A program made the position numbers and the translations under genes. Below are positions 40,567 to 55,029 of a stretch of DNA of 64,000 nt, piece by piece (position 1 is the first letter of the stretch; each line of letters opens with the position of its first letter). Source of the DNA: Octopus sinensis (taxonomy: Eukaryota). Location: contig NW_021835469.1 in assembly GCF_006345805.1 (NCBI RefSeq), positions 1 through 64,000 of the forward strand, read 5' to 3'. Under the pieces are notes generated by a model. The model was not told the origin of the DNA and searched no databases. It saw only the letters and a list, made by a program, of their open reading frames with translations.

Positions 40567-42897
40567 AAGCTAGTTCAGATGCTCAATGGAATTATGAGAG
40601 ACCCAAAGAAAACACCTGAATGGTTAGCAAGTGGCATTACTTACCTACTCCCAAAGAATAACGAAACCAACCTTCCAAAAAACTATCGGCCTATAACCTG
40701 TCTATCCACCACGTATAAAATCCTAACATCTATCCTGGCGGAGAAAACATATGCATTCATGGAGAAGAACGATATTTTCCCCATTGAACAAAAAGGGTGC
40801 CGCCGAGGCTCTTACGGATGCAAAGATCAACGGCTAATCAATCGTATGATCCTTGAGAACTGTCACAACAAGCGCAGAAATCTCAGCACCGCATGGATTG
40901 ACTATAAAAAGGCCTTCGACAATATACCGCATCCATGGATCTCGAGATCGCTGGACATCTTCAAAATTTCCCCTGCGATTTCAAACTTCCTGAAGCACAA
41001 TATGTCGTTGTGGAATACGAATCTCCAATTATACCACTCTAATGGAGTACTTGCCTCAGAAAATATAAACATCAACTGTGGAATTTTTCAAGGTGACTCA
41101 CTTACACCTTTAATATTCTGCATAGCCCTAATACCCCTTACAAGTGAATTAAACAGAACAGGGTATGGGTATAAAATTGCCAATAAAAAAATAAGCCATC
41201 TATTTTATATGGATGACTTAAAACTTTATGGTAAAGACAATAATGAACTTGAAAGCCTATTGCGCACCGTGAAATCATTCAGCGATGACATCGGGATGGA
41301 GTTTGGACTTGAGAAGTGTGCCAAGGCCACTTTCCAGAAAGGGAAAGTGAAGACCACAATTCAGTCGTGTTAGATGTTGACACAGTCATAAGAGAGCTTG
41401 AGCAAGAACAAACATACAAATATTTAGGGATAAATGAAGGCTCTGGTATTCAGCATGCAAGCATGAAAGAGAAGATCAGGAAGGAATGTTATAGGAGAGT
41501 TCGTGCAGTCCTGAAATCTGAACTTAATGCACGTAACAAGGTGTTAGCTATAAATTCCTTAGCAGTTCAAGTTGTTACTTATAGCTACAATGTGTTGAAC
41601 TGAAATATGAGTGAAGTAAAGAATATAGATATGAAAATACGCAAGCTGCTGAGTTGTAATAGGATGCACCACCCAAAGGCAGACGTAGATCGCCTTTACC
41701 TTCCCAGAGCCCAAGGAGGTCGAGGCCTGATCCAATTTGAACTAGCTTACAAAACAACCACAATTGGACTGGCCAAATATCTCGAAATAACGAATGACTG
41801 GATGCTAAAGCTCGTGGAAAATCACGAGAGACGAAAGAAGCTTCATTCTATCATAAAGGAAAGCAACAAATTTGCTATTGATCTCGTGCAGGATACCCAG
41901 ACTGAACAACCCGAGGGACGTACGGCAACTATTGTTGCAAAAAAAAGGTAAAAATAATGACAACGAAAAAAGCGCACGAGCAATAGGTAGGAGGAAAAAC
42001 CTCTGCACGGCAAATATGTGACCCGCAGCAAACAAGCTGATGTTGACCAGAAGCAAACCCATCAGTGGCTGCGGGCTGCGGAGCTCAGGGCTAAAAGCAG
42101 AGAGCGAAGGTTTCATCCTGGCTGCTCAAGACCAAAGCCTATCAACCCGGAACTACCAGGCCAATGTGATGAAAAATGGAGCAGACCCAAAATGCCGATT
42201 CTGCAACGACATGATTGAAACAGTGGACCACCTAATCCCTGGATGTAAAGTCTTAGCACCAGTGGAGTATAAATTAAGACATGACAGAGTTGGCCAATAT
42301 CTCCACTGGCTAATAAGTCGGCATTACAATATCAACACCCTGAGGCTGTAACTGAAGGAGAAAATGTAACCATTCTGTGGGACTTTCCAGTACATACAGA
42401 CCGAATCATCAAGGCCAATAAACCAGATATTGTTATGAAAGAACAAAACAATGTGATCATAATATCTCAGTGATCATAATATCTCAGTGAAAGAGTTTGA
42501 CAAGCTCAGAAAATATAAAGACCTACTCATTGAAATTGAGAAAATGTGGCATCTCAAGGCGGTTACAATACCAGTGATCGTAGGAGCACTAGGAATGATC
42601 AAGAAGGGAATCGAAAATTATATGAGAATGATCCCTGGCTTACCATCCCTGCAAGAAGTGCAAAAGATTGTCTTAACTGGTACATCACACGTATTGAGAA
42701 GAGCATTGTTAATGTGAGAACTGTTGCTGCTCATGCATTTTAATTTACTTTAAAAAAAAAAAAAAAAAAAAAATGAACGAACTACTGAGTTTGGTTTAAT
42801 GGCCTACCAATATACACTATGAGTTTCCTTGCCCTAGGAGTCGGGAAGACACTCGGCAAGAAATGGAAGAAAATTTGAAAGAAGAAGAAAAAAAGTA
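40567..42897 (+). mobile_element. 5'-truncated R4/Dong-clade LINE (RT, CCHC finger, restriction-like endonuclease)
   Basis: NYRPITCL, EQKGC, WIDYKKAFD, GIFQGDSL, HLFYMDDLKLY, AAQDQ, CRFC..ETVDHL..GC..RHD, KPDIV, KLRKYKDL, VIVGALG. (AAT)n on both sides. Confidence 0.95.
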
Positions 42898-43062
42898 ATA
42901 ATAATAATAATGATAATAATAATAATAATAATAATAATATAATAATAATAATAATAATAATAATGATGATGATGATGATGATGAAGATGATGATGATAAT
43001 GATGATGATGATGATGATGATGAATGCAAAAAATAATAATAATAATAAAATAATAATAATAA

Positions 43063-43093
<31 letters not shown>

Positions 43094-43116
43094 GTAAAAA
43101 TATTAATAAAAATAAA

Positions 43117-43155
<39 letters not shown>

Positions 43156-43235
43156 TAATAATGATAATGATGATGATGATGATGATGAAGATGATGATGA
43201 TAATGATGATGATGATGATGATGATGAATGCAAAA

Positions 43236-43302
<67 letters not shown>

Positions 43303-43358
43303 GTAAAAATATTAATAAAAATAAAAATAATAATAATAATAACAACAACAACAACAAC
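42897..43358. repeat. Compound (AAT)n/(GAT)n microsatellite with a ~205-bp higher-order duplication
   Basis: Markers gaatgcaaaaaata and tagtaaaaatattaataaaaataaaaata each occur twice, about 205 bp apart. Confidence 0.9.
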
Positions 43359-43359
43359 A

Positions 43360-43900
43360 CCATTAAATGACCTGATGCATTACAAGACAGTCGCTCTCAT
43401 GGTTTCTGATCTGAACTGATTGGAAGTGTTATCATGTACATTGTTTTGTCTTGGTATAAAAGATGGGCTACAGCAAATATTCTGCTCACTACCACAGATT
43501 TGCTTGACAGTTGTTTGATCTTAACCTGTTGACTATGTCCCTTAGTGGCTGACGACATGTGCATCTCTGATCATGAGCAGAAGTAGTTGGGAAGCATCAT
43601 AGGCACATGCTGAAAGAAATTCTTAGAGGTTTGGTTAATTCAGCTTTGGAAACACGGGTGTTTCATTCAACATCCTTAAGCAAGCCTTATGCAGGGATCT
43701 TTTGAACGGGATGGATTACTCGACCAGAAGATAATTCTAACAAGGTCATGCGGTGTTATCTTGATATGAGATCACAATGTCGCGCATGTATGGTTGTGAT
43801 ACATGTGCCTAGGTTACCCTTATCAGACGGGTAGTCATGATGGGTATAGGGACTTCGTATATTCTACCCTAGTGTCATGGCATGCACTGCCCTCTCACTG
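43360..43900 (+). mobile_element. Unclassified ~540-bp non-coding element between (AAT/AAC)n tracts
   Basis: Balanced-GC block with no ORF, bounded by trinucleotide tracts like the neighbouring Dong copies. Confidence 0.4.
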
Positions 43901-44009
43901 AAAAACGACAACAACAACAACAACAATAATAATAATAATAATAATGATAATAATGATAATAATATTAATAATAATAATAATAATAATATTAATGATAATA
44001 ATAATTAAT

Positions 44010-47000
44010 AGTATACGCAGCAGCCACTACAGCCACAAAAGAAGCTGGATACTCACTCAAACCCATCCAAACAGGAGTACCACCACCCAAACAAACTCTG
44101 TGGATAAATAACATCCAAAACAAAATACAAAAAATGAGAAAAGATCTGTCGATCGATTCTTAATGAAATCAGTCGACAATCAACGCTACTGAGCAACAAA
44201 AAGAAAACAAAAATACTCCGCAAATACAACATCACAGAAAAAGATTTACCTGAGATAAAAGAAAAGCTAAAGCAAGATATCCTTGCCAAAGCACAATGGA
44301 TCCGCCGGTACGAGAAACGTCAACGTTTCTTTGAACAAAACAAAGAGTTCAACTCCAACCCCAAAAGGTTCTACCAAGAACTTGGCAAAGATAAAATAGA
44401 AATCACTGCAGCACCAAAGGCAGAAAAAGTGGAAGAATTCTGGAGAGAAATATGGTCGGCGAACGAACAACCAAAAATCAGGAGTATTAAAACAACAAAC
44501 TCAGCATCTGAGCAACTTTGGACCCCCATAACAACTGAAGAGGTCACCCAGGCACTGCCAAACCTGAGAAACTGGAAGGCATCTGGGCATGACAAGATCC
44601 CCAACTTCCGGTTGAAATATCTAACAGGAATGCACAAAAAGCTGGCTGAAAACTTTAACAACATACTAGCAGAGCCAGAGACAATGCCAGAATGGCCCAC
44701 GAAGGAGAAAACCATCTTAATTCCCAAATCAAATGAGACAGCAAAACCAGAAAACTACAGGCCAATAACCTGTCTCCCTACAATGTACAAGGCATTTACT
44801 GCAGTGATATCGCAAAGGTTGAACAAGCACCTGGACGAAAACAACCTGTTTCCAGAAGAGCAGAAAGGATGCTGCAAAGGCTCATATGGCTGTAAAGATC
44901 AACTAATGATTAATAAAGCCATAACTGAAGACAGCCACAGAACGAAGAAAGGCCTCAGTATGGCCTACATCGACTACAAAAAGGCGTTTAATAGCATCCT
45001 CCACATATGGATCCTCGAACACTAGCCATTAACAGGGTAGCACGAACAATTATAAAATTCATAAGACACTCTATGAATAAATGGCAAACAGTGCTACAGC
45101 TCCAAACAAAAGAAGGACTCATGAAAACCAAAGCCATCCCCATTAGAAGAGGGATATTCCAGGGAGACATGCTCTCTCCACTCCTTTTCTGCTTGGTACT
45201 GTCACCTCTGTCTGATATGCTAAATAGAATGGATGCGGATATAAATGTTACGGCAAAACGATCAGCCACCTTTTATATATGGATGGCCTAAAACTATACG
45301 CTGCAAATGACAAACAGCTGGAAGCACTATTAAAGACAGTTCATGAATTTACCAAAGAAATAGATATGAATTTTGGATTATAAAATGCGCCAAAATAACC
45401 CTGAAAGAGGAAAACTAGTTAGGAGTAGCAACATCACCCTACATAAAACCAATGAAATAAAATATTAGATCAAAGCCAACCTGACAAATACTTAGGAATC
45501 CATGAACAAGATAAGACACAACACACACAAATGAAAGAGAAAAGAAAAAGAATATTATAGACGAGTTAGATCAATACTAAAAACAGTGGTCAATGCTAAA
45601 AACAAGATTATGGGTATTAACACTTTAGCTGTCCCTGTTATAAGTTACAGCTACTATATCCTTAACTGGCCAGTAATTGAACTGACCAAAATAGATAGGA
45701 AAACAAGAAAAATAATGACAGGTTCTAGCATGCATCACCCCAAATCTGACATAGAAAGACTATATATACAACGTATAGAAGGTGGTAGAGGCCTTATACA
45801 GCTGGAAATCTACTATGAAATAACCACCATAGGACTACAAGAATATCTACTTCAGAAGGAAGGAAACTGGTACAAATAGCGGCAAAACACGAGCAAATCA
45901 AAAATCTGTTCTCAGTATTTAAGGAAGCTGACAAACACAAACGAGAAATCATGCCACCTAACAAAAATGAAGGAGATGAAGAAGAAGATGGAGAAGAAGA
46001 AGAAGAAGAAGAAGAAGAAGAAGAAGAAGAGAAGAAGAAGAAGAAGAAGAGAGAAGAAGAAGAAGAAGAAGAAAAAGAAGAAGAAGAAGAAGAAGAAGCA
46101 ACAACAAAAGCCATAACAAATGAAATCCAAACTAAAACTAGAACAGCAAAGAACCATGATTAAACGATGGCAAGAAAAGCCCGTTCATGGTAAATACTGG
46201 ACTAAACTAAAGGCAAAAGAAATAGAGAAAGAAAAATCCTAGCAATGGTTGAGAAGCACAGGACTCAAAGCAGAGACTGGGGGATTTTTAATTGCAGCAC
46301 AAGACCAAAGCCCCCCAACCAGAAATTACCAAAAACATGTAATGAAAAAAAATATAACAAGTAACTGCAGAATATGTGGAGATGGACAAGAAACAATAAA
46401 TCATATTATCTCTGGCTGCCCAGTCCTGGCTAAGAAGGAATATATTCACAGACACGACAGAGTTGGAACCTACATACACTGGAAGCTATGCCAACATTAT
46501 GGAATAACAACAGAAAAAAGATGGTATAGGCACACACCAGAAAAGGTCACAGATAACGAGAAAGCAACCATACTCTGGGATATGCCGATACAGATAGAGA
46601 AATTAAGGCCAACAGCCCAGATATAGTTGTCAGAGATCATGAAGAAAAAAATGCTTTCTAACTGATGTATCAATACCGGCAGATGACAACGTATCTCTAA
46701 AAGAAATGGAGAAACTTTCAAAATACAAAGACCTGGAAATAGAGGTAACCAGAATGTGGAATCTAAAAACAGAAACAATCCCTATCATAGTAGATGCATG
46801 AAGCATGATAAATAAATATTCAGACAAATACATAACAAAAACACCAGGACTTACAAACACATATAACATACAGGAAATTGCACTACTAGGCACTGCACAC
46901 ATCCTACGCAGAACACTTTCCATACAATAACCATCTGAGCATCACAACAAATCACAGCACATACCCAAGGCACACAGTGCTGCGCTCGGTAGTGAAGTGA

Positions 47001-47024
47001 AAGCACGCTATAAAAATAAAACTA

Positions 47025-47027
<3 letters not shown>
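44010..47027 (+). mobile_element. Second, divergent R4/Dong-clade LINE
   Basis: NWKASGHD.IPNF, NYRPITCL, YIDYKKAF, RGIFQGDMLSPLLFC, GGRGL, AAQDQ, CRICG..ETINHIISGCPVLA..YIHRHD, TILWD. (AAT)n flanks. Confidence 0.95.
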
Positions 47028-47080
<53 letters not shown>

Positions 47081-47494
47081 CACCATCACTTTTTATTTAT
47101 TATTTTTTATTCCTTAAATTTTTACTCAAATTTTTAATATTCAGCTATTATTTTTATTTATTATTTGTATTTCTATTCATTCGTACATGCTAAGTAAGAT
47201 TATACTGAAGATATAGGGTATCATGGAAGAATATAAAAGATAGGGTTGATGAAATATGTTGAGGAAGCCAGACCTGAAGTTTGAAAGCATATCAACCCGA
47301 ATAAGTATTGGAACTAGATACCCCGAATCTAATCAATACCGACGAACTTTCATGAAACACATGTAGTCTTATAAACGGAAAATACAGAATTCAGAGTATA
47401 TATATAGTTAGTATAATATATTTTAACATTTTATGGAGTGGTGGGTATAAAGCCTTTCAGTTTTGATTGAGTCGAAGATTGTTCTGTCTCTAAA

Positions 47495-47586
<92 letters not shown>

Positions 47587-47901
47587 CAAATAAGTAACAC
47601 CAATGTCCGGGTATTAGTGGATACAGCTGTTTCAATCGGCGGCTTCATTTTATCAATCAATGAAAATATTACATCAATTTGAAATAAGGCGCCCTCCTCG
47701 GACGCAGGCGACCATATAGATTTCCAATATTTAGGATATACCATTATATATATATTTTTATTTGGTGTATACTGTATGTTGGAAATCTATATGGTCTTCT
47801 AGTTCCGAAGAAGAGCGGTTCATCTTAAATTGATGTAATGCTTCCATTGATCGATTACATGATGCCGTCTCAAACACCTGCTCATCATTGTTACTCATTT
47901 G
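47587..47901. mobile_element. Old palindromic element with a hammerhead-like remnant
   Basis: Arms 47587-47743 and 47763-47901 are diverged reverse complements (gaccatatagatttccaa, attacatcaattt). The left arm has GAAACAGCTGTA on the minus strand. Confidence 0.7.
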
Positions 47902-48214
47902 GTTTTTATTCACCCACTACGAACTGCGCGGATCATACCAGACTGACTTCGTGCCTCCACCTAATTCAATTGAATCTTAATTATTTCCATTATTTCCATT
48001 ATATATATGTATATATATAATGCATGTATATATATATATATACACATATTTATACGATATATATATATATATGATATATATATATATAAATATACATATT
48101 GCATGTATGTGTATATATGTATATAGTTACACACACATATAATACATATATATATATACACATGCAAATATACATACATACTTGCATATATGCATACATA
48201 TATCCATGTCCTTT

Positions 48215-48480
48215 AAAGCTTAGTGTGTGGTCCTCATGACGGCGAGATCGTGGTTTCGATTCCAACACCGGGTGGTGCGTTGTGTTTATGAGCAAACCAC
48301 TTCATCTCACGTTGCTCTGCAATCATTTCGACACATGAAGGGATGTACACCATGCATATGTTCAGGCAATGTCTATTGGATTGGGTGAATGTGCTAATGT
48401 TCAGCTCATACACTTTATCACAATACACATATTATTTGTGGACGTAGTTTGGCGGGGAAACCTGTCGTATCTTCATATAT
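48215..48480 (+). mobile_element. Decayed tRNA-derived SINE
   Basis: gatcgtggtttcgattcc (B-box) followed by ttgtgtttatgagcaa..cacttcat..ttgctctg. A related remnant lies at 52737-52900. Confidence 0.65.
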
Positions 48481-49486
48481 ATACATACATGCTCCCATAC
48501 ATGCAAACGTAAATATATACATGCATGCATACATAGGTAGTAAGTACATGCATACATACATATGCACATGCATACAAACGTGCATACGTGAATTCATGCA
48601 ATTTGCTTTACCTTTAGCAAAGAGGAAAATGTGTTCCCCATTTTTGGGTCGTTCTTCAAAGTAGACAAATCCTAAAGTGTACGTCACTATGTTTCATTAG
48701 AAGGAATGCTCAGTCGATATCTCCTATTAAGCATGTCTGTTTCACAATTAATGCTTACAAATGACTAGTATTCTCTACAATTTTTGTTATGTTCTTCATC
48801 ATAAGATTGATAATCCTGTAATATATACGTCATTTGCTTTATAATGTCCAGGTTTGGTTGTTTCTATCGTGGACTACTGCTTGTCGATTTCTTAGCAGAT
48901 TTGGTTCAAGAAACCTCTTGAATATCCTACCATTTACATTAATAACAGAAAGATATACAAATTTGTGATTGTCGGTTCGCCCTAGTTGACTATTAATGTA
49001 ACATCCAATAGCGAGAAATATTCACAACAAAACTACATAACTACAGAGAAATATTAGAAGATTGAGCACTTCATGTAAATTTAGTGGCTGAAATTTGCTA
49101 TCATATAACACTTGGAGAAATATTTACTTTAATAAGCAGTGCTTAAGCACCTGGAGGGCTGACACACGTTCCTACCCAGCCCAAAGCTGCATTCATTTTT
49201 CCATGTTGACAATCTCATAAATTTCTATCCCATGAAACAAAGTCCTTCGCTTCCATGTATTCGTAGATAAATTGAACTTCTAATCATATGGCGTTCTGCC
49301 TGCTTCTGTCAGAGAATATACCCGTTCAGTCATCTTAATTTTTGTATTCATACGTTTGTTATTTAGAGTACATAACTCACTATTTCTTATTCACTGTGAT
49401 CTTTTTTACCCTGAATAGCGTATTTTCGAGAGGTAGCGAGAAGGACACTAACAGAAAAACTTCCTTGTTTTCTTGCCCTACAAGGA

Positions 49487-50481
49487 ATGTGGTATAAAAT
49501 GAGCAGTGGCGTGCCTCAAGGTTCAGTGCTTGGGCCCTTGTTGTTCTTAGTCTTCATAAATGACTTGCCCGACGACCTCACGCAACACACCCTTCTATTT
49601 GCCGACGATGTCAAACTGGTCGCTCCTCGCGGTAATATAGAGGATCTTCGTCGATGCCTCCACCAAATTTGGAAGTGGTCTAACAATTGGGACCTGTGTC
49701 TGAACGTGTCAAAGTGCTGTCATCTGCTTGTTGGCTCTCCTCCTGCAACTCAACTTGATTTCGAGCCGGGCCGTCTGCTGCTGGAGAGGACCGATCAGGT
49801 AAAGGACCTAGGTATCTTGGTGTACTCCTCCTTTTCGCCTTCGGCCCAGTGCGTCCATGCTGCCAACAAAGCACGCGGAATTCTGTTCTTGATTCGACGG
49901 TCATTCGGAATGCTCACAGCAGCCATATTCCTACCACTCTATGTCACGCTGGTGAGACCCATATTGGAGTATGGGATTCAAGCCTCTTCTCCTTATCTCC
50001 TCAAAGACATACAGCATCTCGAAAGAGTCCAGAAGCTGGCTACCCGCATGGTTCATGGTCTCAAAAATTTGTCCTACGAAGAAAGGCTGAGGACGCTCGA
50101 CCTTTATTCTCTTGAAAAACGCCGCCGCCGTGGTGATCTCATTCTCGCCCACAACATCATAAGCGGAAAGTGTAACCTCTCGAAAGAGCCGTTCTTCACT
50201 CCTGCTCCAGAGCGTCGGCTGCGGGGTCATTCCGAAAAGCTCTATCTGCGACGATTTCATCTCAATCGAAGGAGAGGAGCTTTCTCCGTCCGGGTTGCGG
50301 ATCCGTGGAACAAGCTGCCAGACGAGATGGTGAAGATGCCGACGACCGTTTTGTTCAAAGCATCCCTTGACCTCATGTGGCCTGAACTCTTTACAAGAAC
50401 ACCACCCTGTACTTAACTCCATGTCCCCCTACATGGCCTTGCTATTTGCTTTTGAGCCAAATTAACTAACTAACTAACTAA
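49487..50481 (+). mobile_element. Young 5'-truncated CR1-clade LINE with uninterrupted 309-aa RT C-terminal frame and (TAAC)n tail
   Basis: GVPQGSVLGPLLF, LFADD, LVRPILEY, RRRRGDLI, WNKLP. 3' UTR followed by taactaactaactaacta. Confidence 0.95.
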
Positions 50482-51106
50482 GTTTTCTGCGCTGATATTT
50501 TAACCGCGCCGTGTCGTCATATTCCTCGATTATATTCTATCGAATGTATTTTACTCAAAAACATCATCTATTTTTTATTATTTCACCCAAAATAAGTAAC
50601 AGATATCTTGCTAAGAATATTACAGATGCCGATTATTCAGACTGTCTAGTATTAAACAGTTAGCATACGTAAGTAGGTAATATCTCTCTGCATGTTCTGG
50701 AGATAAACTCCAATGAATATATACCATTTATCATCGTTTCTATAGCAGATGTGCTTTAAGACCAAGGCGGGAATGGACGCTAATGCTCTTTCTATAGAGG
50801 AGAAATCACAAAATTTGGGTATTGCGAATACCTTAAAAGAAATATCTCTAAATCCATGACTGTTATGAGAATCTGGATTAATGAAGGATGCATAGCGCTT
50901 AAATGTTTGTAAATGATATAGAAATCTAATTTTGCATTAAAAGAAAATGAAATAGAACCACTTCAGAGCAGGAGGCTCATCAAAATTAGTTTATGGTTGT
51001 AAAACATGGACACTTACCTGAAAAAGTTTCTGTACAGTTCGTAGACCAAATTTTCCATCCTATGCAAACCCTAGCATTACTAACAATGATACACCATGAC
51101 ATACTA

Positions 51107-52247
51107 TCAGGTCATTAAGACTGAAATGTCCGATTTTCTTATGCGCGATGTTTGAGTCTTAGCTCTAATGTTCATACTAACAATTCTTTGACACTTTTCG
51201 AAATACAATTCATGTTGCCTGATTATATTGAGAGTTTTCTATTGTAAATCAATTTTTGTGAACCCAAGGAGAGACCAAAAATTCGTGTTATGAATATAAG
51301 TTCCGTCGTGGAACTAATGCATACCAGACAGCCCAAAACATCAATGAGTTGTTTGGTGAAGATGTGGCGAATGAGTGCACTGTACGTCGATTGTTTGAAA
51401 GGCTCCTGTCTGGTGAATTTACTCTTGAGATCAGCCCCGTGGTAGACCTCAAACTAATGTGGATAATGATGAGTTGGAAACTGTATTAGAAGCGGATACA
51501 TCCCAAACTACGCGTTTGTTAGCAGCAAGGTTTGATGTTTCGATTCCAACTATATTGGGCCATTTGAAACAAATCGACAAGGTAAAGTAGCTAGAGAATT
51601 GAGTACCATTCGAACTGAACAAGTATCAAATGATACGTCGTCTTGAAACTTGCTGTTCCTTGCTGTCACATCATAAAAACGAACCTTTTTGTATCGTATC
51701 GTTACGTGTGATGAAAAATGTGTTCTTTTGGATAGAAAGGAGGTGTCAAAACACAATTTAAAATAATGATGGTGTCTGTTTGGTGGTCCAGCGCTGGTGT
51801 CATCCATTACCACTTCATGAGACCTGGTAAGTCAATTACAGTGGATGTATACCTCAACCAATGGGATGAAATGATGGGTGAACTTGCAATTAAACCGCCA
51901 AGATTGGTCAATAGAGACAGGCCAAATCTCTTGCAAGACAATGCACGATTAAATATTGCACAAGATCGCTACTTCTACATATTCTCCAGACCTTACACCA
52001 AAGAACTATAACGTTTTCCAAGGAAAAACCTTCAAATCTGAAGAAGTTACAAACGTAGCCTTTCGTGATTTCATCACTTCTTGCACTTCAGATTTCTTCA
52101 ATGCCGGTATAAATAAGCTATCGATAAAACGACAAAATTGTGTTTGTAATTTAGGTGCATACTTTGATTAACTGCATTGGTTTTTGTTGAGATAGAGCAA
52201 AATAAGCTTTCGGTTGAAAATCGGACATTTCATTCTTAATGACCTGA
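51107..52247 (+). mobile_element. Near full-length decayed mariner with 32-bp TIRs and TA TSD
   Basis: TA|TCAGGTCATTAAGACTGAAATGTCCGATTTTC ... GAAAATCGGACATTTCATTCTTAATGACCTGA|TA. Motifs RIVTCDEK, MVSVWWS, LLQDNAR, YSPDL. Confidence 0.93.
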
Positions 52248-54213
52248 TATGTCACGCAGAGACAATACCAAATCACAGATTAAGATTTTATTCATTGCTG
52301 GCGTGTTAAAGACAAGGCTGCATCTCAAGAGTTACTGTGGTGCTTTCCCATGATAAGTAGTGAAGAGAAAGAAATCAGTAGGAAACATTAGTAACTGCTA
52401 GAAAACAAGATACGCTCATCATACGCTATAAAGAGTGCAACGAATAACACTGAGGAATGAAAGTGATGTGTCAAGAATGCCAACTAATTTTCGATTCAGT
52501 AACTTACACACACACATCCTAACCACATAAACACACACGCACACACACATACAGAAACATAGAGGAACACACAGACACACACACGTACACACAGACACAC
52601 CACACCACACCACACCACACACATACACACCACACCACACACTTATATATAATATACAAGCTTCGGCTGCGTTGTCAAAGAACATGTCTTATAGAATATT
52701 TGTGTGCGTTGTGATAAGTATGTAAGTATGATGAAGCACGGGCTAATGATTAGCGTGTTCAACTCACGATAGTAAGCAAGATCATTGTTTCGATTCCCGA
52801 ACCAGAGGTTGCTTTCTGTTCTTGCCTGTTATGCTGCTCTACGATAACTTCAACATCTGACATATCGCACACCGTACAGGGAATGTAATTTTGATAGAGG
52901 TAGGAAGCTACTGTAGAGCACAAATATTTAATCACTATAAGCATATCATCGGTGCAGCTATCCAGAACCTCCACCTGCCGTTTACGAGAAGAAAATACAC
53001 CCAATATAATTATATGCGTTTGTGTCTCTACGCCTGTGTCTTTCGTCCAGTGTATAGAAAAACAGCGTGACAAAAATATCAACCTTATATCTTATATGTT
53101 TGTCGTAAAGGTTTTCAAGTATTCCATTAAGGCATTGTACTCTGCACAGTTTGATAAACATATATATTGCCTCCATATATTTAAGAGAACGAAATCAATA
53201 AGAATTACAGTGGTTTAATATTCATGAATATATGCTAAGGCAAAATATACTTAGTCAATTGTTTTCAAGATACGTTTGTATATTTATAGAGAAATGTTGA
53301 TGTATGAAATAGTATGTTTAACAAAAATATATAAAGTCCTGATAAAATATGAGTTTTTTTAAATATTTTGAATTGTATAAATTACTAAAGAAATACATAT
53401 CAATGCATACGCAGGCATGCATACATTGAAAAACACAGTCACACAACATAGTCACCCACACATACTCATACACAAGCTCAAATACCCCTACACACATAAT
53501 TTTAAATAATTTTGTCTTGTGTTGTAAGCAAATATATATTGTGTATAAATATATTGAAATTATGAAAATCTGCTTAAAACGATTATAATGAATAACAAAT
53601 TCAATCGAAACGTAACCGTTAGGTGAAGATGCCCGTTTTGACGATGCCCGTGTTTCTATACAGAGGCAATTTCGTTAGCTTTGCTCCAGTTCATTCAGCT
53701 GAATAAGAGTATCATAGGTGGCAGAAAACTGAACGTATGACGGCCTGACGGTTTTGATATGCACTCCCACCGAATGCAAACCTGTCTCAGTTTAGCCGCA
53801 TTTGATTATGGACATACGCGTGGCCAAGACATCGAGAGACAAAAAAAGAAACTTGCATAAAAATGAAATAAAATCAATGAACTCTTTTAACATCTGTAAA
53901 ACGAAGTGTTAAACATCAATATATCGAAGAGCTGAATAATAAAATTACATATATTTTCAAAAATATTTTTTATATCATTATATTTTATTTATGATGCAAG
54001 AGAATTGGAGGAATTAAAATCAATCCATGAAATTACCCCTAAGAAAATTGTTTCAGAGCAACAGTAAAATGAATCTGTTATTCATGTATATATTAATATA
54101 TTAATATAACTGTCTTTTAAAAGCTAACATTAAAATTCCTACAAAAAGCATTCTTGACATTGCAACAACTAGATATGGAGAGCCTGTTCTACGTCGCTTC
54201 ATTTATAGACAGA

Positions 54214-54365
54214 GCTTACAAAAACACACGCGTACACACATACACACATACACAAGCATATGCACATGCACATGTATGCTTATTAGCAAGGACAATAGAG
54301 TGACGAACAAGTTATATTGCATAATATTACAATTGTTTTATCGACATTTTAACAGAACAATTATT
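54214..54365 (+). repeat. 152-bp segment duplicated at 56866-57017
   Basis: gcttacaaaaacacacgcg...aacagaacaattatt is identical by eye in both places. Confidence 0.9.
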
Positions 54366-55029
54366 GCTGAAATGTTATTATACACGAGATAAATCACAGC
54401 AACAGTATTAATTTAGAATTACTGGATCATATCACTTCTTAAGTTAATACCTATATTGAATGTGTTTCTTTCTACGTGTGCACGCGTGCACGCGTGTGCA
54501 CATGTGTAATAGTTTGATTGTGCTTGTAAGCCTTGAAGTGTGTGCGTGAGTGAGTTGGTGTGTGTTTGGTAAAAACTTCATGTGCGTGTTTGAGTGAGTT
54601 GTTCTGTGTACATGTGAGTTTTTAGGTCGAGGCTATATCTATATATATATTTATATATATGGTTTTGTTTCAGTGTACCTATGTTTCGATGAACACTTGA
54701 AAACACACCTTGCAAGCGAACTCAATTCATTTACAAAAAGGGAAAACATATTCCATGCTAGGATACTGAGATATTTATAAACTGTGCGGATCTAAACTGA
54801 AATACCGTCCATACCAATCAATTTCGAGTTTGGTTTGGACTTTTAAACTACTTCAAATGTATATTACATCCATATATATTTATATGCATCCATGTATCTA
54901 TGTATGTACACACACCCACACACACATACATACATACATGCATACATACATACATACATACATACAAACATACATACATACATACATACATACACACACA
55001 AATATATATATTCTAGTTTCACCTCAAAA

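Noticed and set aside
49680-50422. Antisense and alternative-frame ORFs conserved between the two CR1 copies (also 3326-4068)
   Set aside because: Shadow frames of a young, GC-richer RT sequence; their conservation only reflects copy identity.
51018-51059. DGKFGLRTVQKLFQ resembling a peptidoglycan-binding motif
   Set aside because: Only 14 aa and all three frames are open, so it cannot be distinguished from chance.
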